A stretch of DNA of 45,617 nt from Pseudomonas phage Fyn8: the sequence record OP966821.1; one strand, 5' to 3'. The stretch's first letter is position 1. Each line of letters begins with the position of its first letter. A program made the translations under genes and the position numbers. Below are positions 1-10,394 of this stretch, piece by piece. Below the pieces are notes generated by a model that was not told where the DNA came from, made no database searches, and worked only from the letters and a program-made list of their open reading frames with translations.

Positions 1-585
1 ATGGCGCTGACACCCAAACAGGAAGCCTTTTGCCTGGCATACCTGAAGACGGGGAATGCCAGTGAGGCGTACAGGCTCAGCTACGACGCCAAGAACATGA
101 AGCCTGAGACCGTAAATCGTACGGCAAAAGAGTTGATCGATAACCCCAAGATTGCCGCAAGAATGGCAGAACTGAATGCCAGCGCCGTTACCGATGCGGT
201 GATGACCCGTCAGGAGGCCCTGGAGCGTCTTTCCAGATTCGCCCGTACCGATCTGGCTGACCTGGTGGAGTTCGGCAGCTATGAGATAGGCGAACAAGAT
301 GGACAGCCGGTAATCCAGGCGGCATGGAAGATCAAGGACTCAGCCCTGCAAGACCCGCAGAAGATGGCCGCAATCTCTGAACTGGCTGCCACGAAAGATG
401 GCATTCGGATCAAGACCCATAGCCCTCTGCAGGCCATCCAGCAACTGGCAAAGATGCAGGGATGGGAGTCTGCGACGAAGCATGAAGTGTCCGGTCCTGA
501 TGGTGGTCCTCTGGCAGTTGCCACATTGACCAAGGAGGACTACAAGCAGGCTCGCAAAGAGATGCTGGCAGAAGATGATTGCTGA
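1..585 (+). CDS. Terminase small subunit
   Basis: 194 aa with N-terminus MALTPKQEAFCLAYL typical of the P27-family TerS; immediately precedes and overlaps the large subunit. Confidence 0.7.
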   Translation: MALTPKQEAFCLAYLKTGNASEAYRLSYDAKNMKPETVNRTAKELIDNPKIAARMAELNASAVTDAVMTRQEALERLSRFARTDLADLVEFGSYEIGEQDGQPVIQAAWKIKDSALQDPQKMAAISELAATKDGIRIKTHSPLQAIQQLAKMQGWESATKHEVSGPDGGPLAVATLTKEDYKQARKEMLAEDDC

Positions 586-2038
586 TCCCGTGACGCTAGC
601 CCGAAAGGAGGAGTGCGAAGAGGATGGGATGTACTTCGCCCGCTACTTCTTCAAGCAGCGCATGGGCAGCAAGATGGTTGTTGCGCCGCACCACCGTGTC
701 ATTCAGGACACGCTGGATCGAGTGGTGAGCGGCGAGATCACGCGACTGATCATCAACGTGCCTCCTGGATACACAAAGACCGAGTTGGCAACGATCAACA
801 TGATCGGTCGGGGATTGGCGCTGAACAACCGCGCCAGGTTCATGCACCTGTCCTACTCGCACAATCTGGCCCTACTGAACTCCAGTACGGCGCGCGGCAT
901 GGTGAAGTCCTCGGCGTATCAGGCCATGTGGCCTATGTCGCTGCGAGATGACGCCGACAGCAAGGCCATGTGGTGGACTGAGCATGGCGGCGGGGTTTAT
1001 GCATCGTCCGCCGCCGGCCAGGTGACAGGGTTTCGCGCCGGCCACATGGAGCCTGGATGGCAGGGCGCGCTGATCATCGACGATCCGGTAAAACCGGACG
1101 ATGCATACAGCGAGACTGTTCGTGACGGCGTGAATAGCCGATTCAACGAGACGATCAAGTCCCGCCTGGCGCTGGAAACGACGCCGATGATCGTCATCAT
1201 GCAGAGGATCCATTACCACGACCTGAGCGGCTACCTTCTGCGAGGCGGGTCAGGGGAGATGTGGCATCACCTCAACCTGCCAGTGATCATCGACAACAGC
1301 GAGCCGTACCCAGCGGAAAACACTCACGGAATCCCGGTCGAGCATGGTCTTCCGGATGGCTGGCTATGGCCCTTCAAGCACAACGAGAGCCACCGCACAG
1401 CGCTTTTCTCGCATCGACGCACCGCAGAAGCCCAGTACATGCAGAAACCTCGGCGGTTCAACGCCGAGGGGGCGTTGTGGACCGAGCAACTGATCAATGC
1501 GGCGCATCAATTGCAGATCAGGGCCGACCGCAAGCGGTGCGTGGTGGCCATCGATCCTCAGGCCACCAACAGCGACGAGAGCGACGAAACTGGGATCGTG
1601 GCCGCGAGTTCCTACGGTGCTGGTGACTCCCGCCAGTTCTCGGTCGATGGCGATTACAGTGGGAAATACTCACCAGCCGGTTGGGCGAAAAAGGCTATGG
1701 CTGCATACGAGCAGCACCAGGCCGACGCGATCGTTATTGAGACGAACCAAGGCGGCGACATGGCGGAAGAGACCCTGAAGAACGCGGGTTTCAAGGGGCG
1801 AATCATCCGAATCCATGCCAACAAGGGAAAGTTCGCCCGTGCTGAGCCGATATCCGCCCTGTACGAGCAAGGCAGGGTGGCTCACCAAGGCGCGCTTTAT
1901 CTGCTGGAGAACCAGCTCATGGAGTACATCCCCGCGACGGCGAAGAAGTCGCCGGACCGGCTGGATGCCATGGTCTACGCCTTGACCGAATTGGGCGGAG
2001 CCGCGCCGCTTGGCATCCTTCTTCCTGGAGCCCGCTGA
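575..2038 (+). CDS. Terminase large subunit (alternative start at ATG 629, which has a better SD)
   Basis: 487 aa; conserved TerL N-terminus (YFARYFF...RLIINVPPGYTKTE, Walker-like) plus a C-terminal nuclease region; overlaps the terS stop. Confidence 0.8.
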   Translation: MIADPVTLARKEECEEDGMYFARYFFKQRMGSKMVVAPHHRVIQDTLDRVVSGEITRLIINVPPGYTKTELATINMIGRGLALNNRARFMHLSYSHNLALLNSSTARGMVKSSAYQAMWPMSLRDDADSKAMWWTEHGGGVYASSAAGQVTGFRAGHMEPGWQGALIIDDPVKPDDAYSETVRDGVNSRFNETIKSRLALETTPMIVIMQRIHYHDLSGYLLRGGSGEMWHHLNLPVIIDNSEPYPAENTHGIPVEHGLPDGWLWPFKHNESHRTALFSHRRTAEAQYMQKPRRFNAEGALWTEQLINAAHQLQIRADRKRCVVAIDPQATNSDESDETGIVAASSYGAGDSRQFSVDGDYSGKYSPAGWAKKAMAAYEQHQADAIVIETNQGGDMAEETLKNAGFKGRIIRIHANKGKFARAEPISALYEQGRVAHQGALYLLENQLMEYIPATAKKSPDRLDAMVYALTELGGAAPLGILLPGAR

Positions 2039-2235
2039 TGGCCATCTTCATCCTCAAGGAGCGCGCAACCAGCCGCTCCATGGTGGTCCGTGCTCGCTGC
2101 ACGTCCTGCGCCCGCACCGTGGCGGTCGAGAACGCTGGCGCCGAAGGGACGATGGTCTGGCGTGACCCCAACCTCTCATCTGTCGAACTGGTCCGCGAGG
2201 CGGACAAGCCAGGCCTCATCCTGAAATCGGACTGA
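2038..2235 (+). CDS. Hypothetical small protein (65 aa)
   Basis: ATG overlaps the terL stop (TGATG); fills the gap before the portal gene. Confidence 0.3.
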   Translation: MAIFILKERATSRSMVVRARCTSCARTVAVENAGAEGTMVWRDPNLSSVELVREADKPGLILKSD

Positions 2236-2237
2236 CC

Positions 2238-3608
2238 ATGACTGACAAACTCGACCTCGCGGTCAATCACGCGATGAGCAGTGCTGTCGCGCGTGCGCGA
2301 ATGAGCCTGCTGAACCAGGGCATCGGCCATGACGCCAAGCGCCCGCAGGCATGGTGCGAGTACGGTTTTCCCCAGGAAATCACGTTCAACGACCTGTACA
2401 CCATGTACCGGCGGGGCGGCATCGCCCATGGCGCGGTCGAGAAGATCGTCACCACGTGCTGGAAGACAAATCCGCAGGTCATCGAGGGCGACGATCAGGA
2501 CCGCTCCAAGGACGAGACCGAGTGGGAGAGGAAGAACAAGCCGCTGATCGCAGGCGGCAGGTTCTGGCGGGCTGTCTCCGAAGCCGACAGGCGCCGCTTG
2601 GTGGGTCGGTATTCCGGGCTGCTCCTCCACATAAGGGACAGCCAGCCCTGGGATAGACCTGTTTCGGGCAAGGTCAATGGCCTGGCGAAGGTCACCCCGG
2701 CCTGGGCTGGGTGCCTTAAGCCGAAGTCGTTCGACGAAAAGCCGGATAGCGAGACCTACGGGCAGCCCACCATGTGGGAATACACCGAGGCTTCCCAAGC
2801 CGGCCGCCCTGGCCTGGTGCGAGATATCCATCCGGATCGGGTGTTTATCCTCGGCGACTGGACCGGCGATGCAATCGGCTTCCTGGAGCCTGCCTACAAC
2901 TCCTTCATCAGCCTGGAGAAGGTCGAGGGAGGCAGTGGCGAATCGTTCCTGAAGAACGCTGCACGTCAGCTCCTGCTGAACTTCGACAAGGATATTCAGC
3001 TCGGCGAGATCGCCAGCACCTACGGCGTGACGCTCGATGCGCTCAACGAACGCTTCAACGAGGCGGCGCGTCAGCTAAACCGCGGAAACGATGTCCTGCT
3101 TCCAACCCAGGGTGCGACCGTCACGCAGATGGTGTCCGCCGTTTCGGACCCTGGGCCTACGTACAACGTCAACCTGCAAACCGCCGCCGCCGGCGTCGAC
3201 ATCCCGACCAAGATTCTGGTGGGCATGCAGACCGGCGAGCGGGCGAGCAGTGAGGACCAGAAGTACCACAACGCCAGATGCCAGGCGCGCCGGGTGCAAG
3301 AACTGACGTTCGAGATCAACGACCTGTTCGCGCACCTGATGCGCATCGGCGTGGTTCCGCTGAAAGCCGAGTTCACCGCGATCTGGGATGACCTCACCGT
3401 GCCGACCAAGGCCGAGCGCTTGGCCAACTCCAAGACAATGAGCGAGATCAACAGCGCCGCGATCGGCACTGGCGAGCCCGTGTTCACGGCGGAGGAAATA
3501 CGCGAAGAAGCTGGATACGACCCGCTCAAGGGTGGCGATCCGCTGCCTGACACCGAACCGGAGGATGAAGATGCCGCGCGCACCGATCCTACCGGCGAGC
3601 AGCAGTGA
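2238..3608 (+). CDS. Portal protein
   Basis: 456 aa directly after the terminase genes with an acidic C-terminus; size and position fit a portal (DUF1073-like). Confidence 0.65.
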   Translation: MTDKLDLAVNHAMSSAVARARMSLLNQGIGHDAKRPQAWCEYGFPQEITFNDLYTMYRRGGIAHGAVEKIVTTCWKTNPQVIEGDDQDRSKDETEWERKNKPLIAGGRFWRAVSEADRRRLVGRYSGLLLHIRDSQPWDRPVSGKVNGLAKVTPAWAGCLKPKSFDEKPDSETYGQPTMWEYTEASQAGRPGLVRDIHPDRVFILGDWTGDAIGFLEPAYNSFISLEKVEGGSGESFLKNAARQLLLNFDKDIQLGEIASTYGVTLDALNERFNEAARQLNRGNDVLLPTQGATVTQMVSAVSDPGPTYNVNLQTAAAGVDIPTKILVGMQTGERASSEDQKYHNARCQARRVQELTFEINDLFAHLMRIGVVPLKAEFTAIWDDLTVPTKAERLANSKTMSEINSAAIGTGEPVFTAEEIREEAGYDPLKGGDPLPDTEPEDEDAARTDPTGEQQ

Positions 3609-3642
3609 CCCGACCGGGGTAGATCGCCTGGAAAGAGGCGCA

Positions 3643-4494
3643 ATGCGCGAGTTCGACAGGCGCATGCGGAAGATCAGGGATGGCTACGTGTCCGCCCTGG
3701 ATCGAATCCCGGCCCAACCGGTGGTGAACGAGCAGTACACCTACCGTCTCGACCAGGCCCTTCTTTCCGCGATCTTCGCCGACACCAACCTGATGGTCGA
3801 CGAGATCCTGCAAGAGGGCGGGGAGCGTGACCTCTGGTTCTTCGAGTCCTACGTCGGGGTTGCCTACATCCGCGGGACTGCGCAGACCCACGCCAACCTG
3901 GCGCAGCAATCGCCTGCATACCGCGCCGGCCGGGAATCGCTGGATGTCCTGCTTCGATCTGACGCCTACCGCGCGCGGATGGCATTGCTTCGCGCCCGGG
4001 AGTTCGAGGAAATGAAGGGGCTGTCGGGCCAGGTCAAGGCCGACATGGCGCGCATCCTCGCCGAAGGCATGGGGCGCGGGAAGAATCCCCGGGAGATTGC
4101 ACGGGACCTGACCGCCCAGACCGGCATCGAGGCGCGTCGAGGCCATCGCATCGCCCGCACCGAGGTCACTACCGCACTCCGAAGGGCTCGCTGGGACGAG
4201 AAAGACGCTGCTGAGGCCGATTACGGCGTCCAGTCGAAGCTGATGCACATGTCGGCCCTGTCCCCCAGCACAAGGGCCACCCATGCGGACAGGCACGCCA
4301 GGCTCTACACCTCGGATGAGGTGAGGGAATGGTACAGCCGAGACGGAAACCCAATAAATTGCAAGTGCAGCCAGGTCGAGGTACTGGTCGATGACGAAGG
4401 GAACCCGGTTGTCCCGGCCATCGTCGAGCGCGCGCGCCGCAACTACCAAGTCATGAAAGCCAAAGGGCGCGGGCCCTGGGCGAAAGAGGATTGA
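3643..4494 (+). CDS. Head morphogenesis protein, Mu F / SPP1 gp7 family (the ORF is open from 3532; 3643 is preferred because of the GAAAGAGG SD)
   Basis: Motifs IARTEVTTALRRA and NCKCSQVEVLVD typical of Mu-F-like minor head proteins; follows the portal. Confidence 0.65.
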   Translation: MREFDRRMRKIRDGYVSALDRIPAQPVVNEQYTYRLDQALLSAIFADTNLMVDEILQEGGERDLWFFESYVGVAYIRGTAQTHANLAQQSPAYRAGRESLDVLLRSDAYRARMALLRAREFEEMKGLSGQVKADMARILAEGMGRGKNPREIARDLTAQTGIEARRGHRIARTEVTTALRRARWDEKDAAEADYGVQSKLMHMSALSPSTRATHADRHARLYTSDEVREWYSRDGNPINCKCSQVEVLVDDEGNPVVPAIVERARRNYQVMKAKGRGPWAKED

Positions 4495-4497
4495 GCC

Positions 4498-5775
4498 ATG
4501 CCCATGCAGGTCAACATCACCACCCAGGTCAACAGCGCCAGTATTCGACGTGAGACCTACAACGGGCGCGAACACCTGGTGCTGCCGAGCTACACCCTGC
4601 CGGCCGGAGTGATCATGAATGGTGGTCTCTACACCGCCGAGCAGATCGACAAGCACTACCCAGGCCTGGAGGGAACGCTGGCGCCGCTCGGGCACCCGAT
4701 GGTCGACGGGAAGTTCGTGTCTGCGTTCTCGCCTGAGGGGATCAACGCCGCCCACGTCGGCGCCTGGAACCGCAACGTGAAGAAGTCCGGCAACCGGGTT
4801 TACATGGAGAAGTGGGTCGACGTCGAGTTCGCCAAGTCCACGGAAGGCGGTCGTGAATTGTTGCAGCGCGTCGAGGCGCTGGAGAAGGGGGAGGACGTTC
4901 CCCCGATCCATACCAGCGTTGCAGCATTCCTCAACCGCATCGAGCCGAACGAAAGCCAGCGCGCCCAAGGCGCGGAGTGGGTCGCCGACATCCAGAGCAT
5001 GGACCACGACGCGATCCTGCTGCACGAAGTAGGGGCGGCCACTCCTGAGCAGGGCGTCGGCCTCATGGTGAACGCGGACCAGGCTGTGCCGCTTCAGCCG
5101 AACTCCGGCGCCTTGGTTGGCGAGTCCTACCGGGAGCGTGAGCAGCGCCTAGACCGAGCCGCAAAGGAGCGATTCGCCTCCGGCCCCGACCAGTACGCAT
5201 GGGTTGCCGATTTCACCGATTCCCAGGCCGTGATCAGCCTCAACGGCGGTGTGACCGAGGTATACGGCTACAAGGTCGAGGCAGGGAAGATCGTCTTCGA
5301 CGAGTCCGGCCAGCCCGTTGTCCGGCAAGAGTCCTGGGTCGCCATGGTGGCCAACAGCATCAAGAACATTTTCACCCATCGTCAGGCTCGGCCTGATCAA
5401 CCTGAGAAGGAGGGCGACATGCCCCTGACCCCCGAAGAAAAGGCCGAAATTGTGAAGGAAATCGGCACCAACACCTCCAGCGCCATCAAGGAACTGGCGG
5501 ACACCATCATCAAGCCCCTGGCCGACAAGGTCGACGGCCTGGTCGCCAATCACAAGGCGCTGGCGGATACGCTGACCGCCAACCAGCGCGCCGAGGAAGA
5601 CAGCATGCGCGAAGCGGTCAAGGCCAAGTTTGGCGAGGTCATCGCCAACAGCCTGGCCGGCGACGCGCTCAAGGAAATGTTCAAGCAGTGCGGCGAGTCC
5701 GCCCCGCTGGGCGCCAATGCCGCCACCGACAAAGGCGGTCTCACCGCCGATATCAACAACCTGCCGAAGGAGTAA
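4498..5775 (+). CDS. Putative prohead protease / scaffolding protein (DUF2213-like)
   Basis: 425 aa between the Mu-F gene and the capsid gene; C-terminal coiled-coil region rich in A/K/E (EKAEIVKEIG...KAKFGEVIANSLAG). Confidence 0.45.
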   Translation: MPMQVNITTQVNSASIRRETYNGREHLVLPSYTLPAGVIMNGGLYTAEQIDKHYPGLEGTLAPLGHPMVDGKFVSAFSPEGINAAHVGAWNRNVKKSGNRVYMEKWVDVEFAKSTEGGRELLQRVEALEKGEDVPPIHTSVAAFLNRIEPNESQRAQGAEWVADIQSMDHDAILLHEVGAATPEQGVGLMVNADQAVPLQPNSGALVGESYREREQRLDRAAKERFASGPDQYAWVADFTDSQAVISLNGGVTEVYGYKVEAGKIVFDESGQPVVRQESWVAMVANSIKNIFTHRQARPDQPEKEGDMPLTPEEKAEIVKEIGTNTSSAIKELADTIIKPLADKVDGLVANHKALADTLTANQRAEEDSMREAVKAKFGEVIANSLAGDALKEMFKQCGESAPLGANAATDKGGLTADINNLPKE

Positions 5776-5778
5776 GCC

Positions 5779-6228
5779 ATGTCTCGCTATCGTCGCGTGA
5801 ACATCGACGGCAAGTCGCTGTTCAAGACCGAAACCCGCAAGACCGCCGCGGCACTCCTGCCCGGCACGTTCGCCGTGATCAATGGCAGCGACCTGTTCGC
5901 CCAGGCAAGCGCCAGCGTTGGCCGCCTCTACGTCATCGACTGCGCTCACCACGAAGGACTCAACATCCGCGATGCGGTTCCCGCCGGCCATTCGGCCGTG
6001 GGCAACTACGTCGAAGAGGGTCGCGAGCTCGCCGTGCTGTGCCCGGCCGGCACCTACAAGAAGGACACGCCGATCAAGCTCGGAACCAGTGGCCAGGGTG
6101 CCATCGCGTCGAGCGATACCGACACGGTCCTCGGTTACAGCCAGGACGATGCAGTCATCGCCTCCGGCGAAACCGACTTCATCCGCATCCGCTTCCGTGT
6201 CGGCAGTGTCGCCGCCCCGGCGCCCTAA
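5779..6228 (+). CDS. Putative head structural / decoration protein
   Basis: 149 aa, lies between the scaffold and major capsid genes. Confidence 0.35.
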   Translation: MSRYRRVNIDGKSLFKTETRKTAAALLPGTFAVINGSDLFAQASASVGRLYVIDCAHHEGLNIRDAVPAGHSAVGNYVEEGRELAVLCPAGTYKKDTPIKLGTSGQGAIASSDTDTVLGYSQDDAVIASGETDFIRIRFRVGSVAAPAP

Positions 6229-6243
6229 TAGGAGTACGGACAC

Positions 6244-7335
6244 ATGTTCCTCACCCAGCAAGCAATCGCCGCTCATCCTCGCCTGATGGGCCACTTCCAG
6301 GAGTTGCAGGCCAACCGCAACATCTGGAACAACCAGAACGCCGCTATGCTCGCCGAGCACCGCGGCGCCATGACCCCTGGAATGCTGGCCTGCAATGCGC
6401 TGGCCGGCCTGGGGCGTGAGTTCTGGGCAGAGATCGACGCCCAGATCATCCAGTACCGCAACCAGGAGACCGGCATGGAGATCGTCAACGACCTCCTGCA
6501 GGTGCAGACCGTTCTGCCGATCGGCAAGAGTGCCAAACTCTACAACGTGGTCGGCGACATCGCCGATGACGTGTCGGTGAGCATCGACGGCCAGGCCCCG
6601 TACTCCTTCGATCACACCGAGTACAACTCCGACGGCGACCCGATCCCGGTATTCACCGCCGGCTACGGTGTCAACTGGCGCCATGCCGCTGGCATGAGCA
6701 CCGTCGGCATCGACCTGGTCCTGGATTCCCAGGCCGCGAAGCTCCGCAAGTTCAACAAGCGGATCGTTGCTTACACCCTGGACGGTGCCACCAACATCCA
6801 GGTCGAGAACTACCCGGCTCAGGGTCTGCGTAATCACCGCAACACCATCAAGGTCAACCTGGGCTCCGGCGCCGGCGGCGCGAACATCGACCTGACCACT
6901 GCCACCCAGGAGCAACTGGCTGCGTTCTTCACCACCGGCGCTTTCGGCCAGGCCGCCCGCAACAACAAGGTCGATGCCTATGATGTGCTGTGGGTGTCCC
7001 CGGAAATCTGGGGAAACATGAACCGACCGGCAACCGTGGCAATCGGTGGCAGCACGATCCTGAGCGGCGGCACTGTTTTGCAGTTGATCACCCCGTTCAT
7101 CCCGGCGCGCGAGGTTCGCCAGACCTTCGCCCTGTCGGGCAACGAGTTCCTGGGTTATCAGCGACGTCGTGACGTGGTGTCCCCGCTAGTCGGCATGGCT
7201 ACCGGTGTTATCCCGCTGCCGCGCCCGCTGCCGCAGGTCAACTACAACTTCCAGATCATGAGCGCCATGGGCATCCAGGTGAAGAAGGACGACGAAGGTC
7301 TGTCCGGCGTGATCTACGGCGCCAACCTGGCGTAA
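6244..7335 (+). CDS. Major capsid protein (DUF2184-like)
   Basis: 363 aa with SD AGGAGTA upstream; position after scaffold/decoration genes; capsid-like composition. Confidence 0.65.
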   Translation: MFLTQQAIAAHPRLMGHFQELQANRNIWNNQNAAMLAEHRGAMTPGMLACNALAGLGREFWAEIDAQIIQYRNQETGMEIVNDLLQVQTVLPIGKSAKLYNVVGDIADDVSVSIDGQAPYSFDHTEYNSDGDPIPVFTAGYGVNWRHAAGMSTVGIDLVLDSQAAKLRKFNKRIVAYTLDGATNIQVENYPAQGLRNHRNTIKVNLGSGAGGANIDLTTATQEQLAAFFTTGAFGQAARNNKVDAYDVLWVSPEIWGNMNRPATVAIGGSTILSGGTVLQLITPFIPAREVRQTFALSGNEFLGYQRRRDVVSPLVGMATGVIPLPRPLPQVNYNFQIMSAMGIQVKKDDEGLSGVIYGANLA

Positions 7336-7345
7336 GGAGAGCAAC

Positions 7346-7804
7346 ATGCCCAAGTACGAGGTGATCAAACCCTGGAACGGCGTTTCCAAGGGCCAGGTGC
7401 TGGAACTCGACTCTCTGGCTTCGGCGCTCCTGCCGAACGTGCGCGAGATTGGCGCACTCAAGAACGGAAGCCTGACCTTGGACGTTTCGTTCCAGGTCGA
7501 CGAAGCGACCAAGCAAGCTCTCGCCGAAGCGCAGGCATCCGTCGACGCCATGATCGTTGATGCCAAGGCTCAGGCCGAAGGCATCATCGCCGCAGCCAAC
7601 GCGGAAGCAGCGAAGATCCTGGATCAGGCCAAGGCCCAGGCCGGTACCCTGACGCCGGCGATCCCGGACGGCAGCGAGCGCCGGGAGCTGATCAAAGCGC
7701 GCTTGAAGGAGCTGAAGATCGAGTTCGATGGCCGCCAGGGAGAGGAAGCGCTTGCCGCCCTTCTGCCGGATGGCGAGCTGGCGAAGCTGTTCCCGGCCAA
7801 GTGA
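7346..7804 (+). CDS. Hypothetical phage head-associated protein
   Basis: 152 aa with SD AAGGAGAG; A/K/E-rich coiled-coil C-terminus; followed by a terminator. Confidence 0.4.
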   Translation: MPKYEVIKPWNGVSKGQVLELDSLASALLPNVREIGALKNGSLTLDVSFQVDEATKQALAEAQASVDAMIVDAKAQAEGIIAAANAEAAKILDQAKAQAGTLTPAIPDGSERRELIKARLKELKIEFDGRQGEEALAALLPDGELAKLFPAK

Positions 7805-7818
7805 CCGGTGCGTGACGA

Positions 7819-7850
7819 GAGGCCGCCTGCGGGCGGCTTCGTCGTTTCTG
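7819..7850 (+). terminator. Rho-independent terminator after the capsid module
   Basis: 9-bp GC-rich stem (GAGGCCGCC / GGCGGCTTC) followed by a T-rich tail GTCGTTTCT. Confidence 0.45.
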
Positions 7851-7888
7851 GCCCCAGAAATGGGGCCTTCTTCTTCCAGGAATCGGAC

Positions 7889-8290
7889 ATGATCACAGTT
7901 GAGCAGGCCCGGCAGTACCTGCAGAGCCAGGGCATCGACAACGTGCCCGATTTCATCCTTGCGGCGTGGATCGAGCAATTGCAGCAGATCCAGGACTGCC
8001 TGGATGCACATTACCCGGCATCGACCGCACTGCTGATTCAGGCCTACCTGCTGGCGCTATTCGCCTTGGCCCAGGCCGACAAGTACATCAGCAGCCAGAC
8101 GGCACCATCCGGCGCTTCTCGATCGTTTCGCTACCAGGCCTTTGCTGATCGCTGGAAGGCGCAGTTGGCCCTGCTGAACGCCCTGGACAAGTACGGATGT
8201 GCGACGGGGCTGATTCCTCCGAACCCAACCCAGACCGCCCATGGCGGTCTTTGGATCGCGCGCGGTGGCTGCATGTGTGGTGACTCATGA
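7889..8290 (+). CDS. Head-tail connector protein (DUF4054-like)
   Basis: ATG at 7889 after the terminator (AGGAATCGG upstream); about 134 aa. Confidence 0.45.
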   Translation: MITVEQARQYLQSQGIDNVPDFILAAWIEQLQQIQDCLDAHYPASTALLIQAYLLALFALAQADKYISSQTAPSGASRSFRYQAFADRWKAQLALLNALDKYGCATGLIPPNPTQTAHGGLWIARGGCMCGDS

Positions 8291-8607
8291 GCACGACAGC
8301 GAATTGGAGTTACACCAACACGGCGATGATTCGGCCATTCCTGCACTTCGACCTTTCGACCCAGGAGGCCGTTTACGGCCCCGAGTACGAGATCGCCTGC
8401 ACCTGGGTAGCGAAAGGTGAGCAGGTCCGCGATAACAACGGCGCCGAGTTCGTGTCGCGCCACCAGATCTACACCGAGGACCGCCGTCCGAAGTACCTGG
8501 ACCTGATCCAGTTCGACGGCTCCAACGGCTGGGAAGAGATTCGCTCGGTGACGAACTGGGACATGAGCTTCTTCGGCGAGCAGCCGGACTTTCTACTGGT
8601 GACCTGA
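8287..8607 (+). CDS. Hypothetical head-tail joining protein
   Basis: 106 aa translationally coupled (ATGA overlap) within the connector gene cluster. Confidence 0.4.
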   Translation: MSTTANWSYTNTAMIRPFLHFDLSTQEAVYGPEYEIACTWVAKGEQVRDNNGAEFVSRHQIYTEDRRPKYLDLIQFDGSNGWEEIRSVTNWDMSFFGEQPDFLLVT

Positions 8608-8608
8608 C

Positions 8609-9013
8609 ATGGCAATCCAAGGAATCGACCGCGTCCGGCGGAATCTTCGTGTGGCTGTCGAAAACATTGCCGGCGGTGTTTCCGAGCGCGCAGTTTACGA
8701 GGTACTGAGCCAGGGCGCCGCAATGGCGCAGACCATGACGCCGATCGACACATCGACTCTCGTCAACAGTCAAGCGGCCCCCCAGATCACTGTTGGCTCC
8801 AATGGGGTCGAGGGGAGCGTCGGTTACACCGCCGCCTACGCGGCGACAGTCCACGAAGCGCCAGGCACTCTCGCCGGCCAGCCGCGCGACGAGAACGACC
8901 CCAGCCGGGGAGACTACTGGGATCCGAATGCGGAGCCTGAGTTTCTCACGAAAGGTTTTGACCAGATCATTCCAGCTATCCCGGCCATCCTCCGCAGGAC
9001 CTACCGCGTATGA
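8609..9013 (+). CDS. HK97 gp10-family head-tail joining protein
   Basis: 134 aa; family-typical size and sequence (MAIQGIDRVRRNL...); in the head-tail cluster. Confidence 0.5.
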   Translation: MAIQGIDRVRRNLRVAVENIAGGVSERAVYEVLSQGAAMAQTMTPIDTSTLVNSQAAPQITVGSNGVEGSVGYTAAYAATVHEAPGTLAGQPRDENDPSRGDYWDPNAEPEFLTKGFDQIIPAIPAILRRTYRV

Positions 9014-9384
9014 CCCCCTACGACGCCTTCCAGGATTGGCTGGCTTCGATCCTGGGCGAAGGCTACCAGTACAGCCGTGGGATGTGGGTCGACCACCCCG
9101 CGCTCGACTCGGCATTCATCGCCGCGATCCAGCAAACCGGCGGCGCCCCGACTCAGGTCGACGTCCGTCGCCTGCGGTTCAAGGTGATCCTCCTCGGCCC
9201 GAAGGGCGTCCGGAAACACGTTGTCGACGTCGGCAACTCAATCGAGACCCTGGCGCAGGTAGCGCTTGGTGACAGCGTCCCCTGTGGCGCCGCATCTGTT
9301 CGGGCAATCGGCGAGCCGATAGGGCCCGGATACACCACCGAAAACCGGGCCTGGTACAGCCTGGACCTTGAAGTTCTCTATTAA
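9010..9384 (+). CDS. Putative tail completion / terminator protein
   Basis: 124 aa coupled to the previous gene and immediately before the major tail protein. Confidence 0.4.
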   Translation: MTPYDAFQDWLASILGEGYQYSRGMWVDHPALDSAFIAAIQQTGGAPTQVDVRRLRFKVILLGPKGVRKHVVDVGNSIETLAQVALGDSVPCGAASVRAIGEPIGPGYTTENRAWYSLDLEVLY

Positions 9385-9398
9385 TCAGGAGGCCAGAC

Positions 9399-10394
9399 AT
9401 GGCTTGCAAGAAGCTCAAATTTCCGGGCCGCGACGTCGTGCTCGAGTATTACATCGGGTGCGGCGATGCGCTGCCGGCGGAGACTGACTGGCTCCGTTTC
9501 GGGTCGCTCCGCACGAAGGAATTCACCGTCGAGTGGGACACCATCGACGCGACTGATTCCGACTCGGTTGGCGCACTGCGGGAGAACCTAGCCAGCTTCC
9601 AGACGCTGACCATTTCCGGTGACGGTACCGTGAAGTCCTCGGGTGCTGGCGCGCAGAACCTGATCGACCTGACGAAGCATGTCGTGAAGCCGGACGCGAC
9701 CGGCGGACAGCCTGTTGTCTGGATGCGCATGACCTTCCCGGACCTGACCTTCACCGCATTCATGCTCATCAGCAACCTCAGTCGCTCAGCGCCGTACGAC
9801 GATGTCACCACCTACAGCTTCGAGGCTTCGGCGACCGCTTCGGACTTCGGCCTGATCGTCGAGGACACCCCTGACGCGGATGCGCCGGACCCGACCAGCA
9901 TTCAGGTCGTGCCGGAGACCCTCTCGCTTACCGTTGGCGAAGGCTTCAACTTCGAGGGCGTCGTGCTGCCTGTTGGCGCTCCGCAAGGCCTGCGCTGGAC
10001 TTCCAGTGCGCCGACCGTGGCTGCGGTGAACGCGGTTACCGGCGAGGTGAGCGCGCTGTCGGCCGGCACCGCCACGATCACCGCTGCTTCCAGCGTCGCC
10101 CCGGGCGTCACCGATACCGCAACTGTCACGGTTGTCCCGCTGGTGCAGGGTATCACTGTCTCGCCGACCTCCGTCTCGATCGCCGAAGGCGCCACCCAGC
10201 AACTGACCGCCGCTGTATCCCCGACCGGTGCGGCTCCTGGCCTGGTCTACGAAAGCGCGGCGCCGGCGATTGCCACCGTGAGCTCGACCGGCCTGGTGAC
10301 CGGTGTTGATGTCGGTACCACCACGGTGAAAATCACCAGTGCGGCGCGGCCGTCGGTGAGCGTGACCGTTCCGGTAACCGTTACTGCACCGTGA
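9399..10394 (+). CDS. Major tail protein with C-terminal Ig-like (Big_2) domains
   Basis: 331 aa with SD AGGAGG; two C-terminal Big_2-like repeats (VVPETLSLTVGEG...ATITAAS; VSPTSVSIAEGATQQLTA...TTVKITSAA). Confidence 0.7.
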   Translation: MACKKLKFPGRDVVLEYYIGCGDALPAETDWLRFGSLRTKEFTVEWDTIDATDSDSVGALRENLASFQTLTISGDGTVKSSGAGAQNLIDLTKHVVKPDATGGQPVVWMRMTFPDLTFTAFMLISNLSRSAPYDDVTTYSFEASATASDFGLIVEDTPDADAPDPTSIQVVPETLSLTVGEGFNFEGVVLPVGAPQGLRWTSSAPTVAAVNAVTGEVSALSAGTATITAASSVAPGVTDTATVTVVPLVQGITVSPTSVSIAEGATQQLTAAVSPTGAAPGLVYESAAPAIATVSSTGLVTGVDVGTTTVKITSAARPSVSVTVPVTVTAP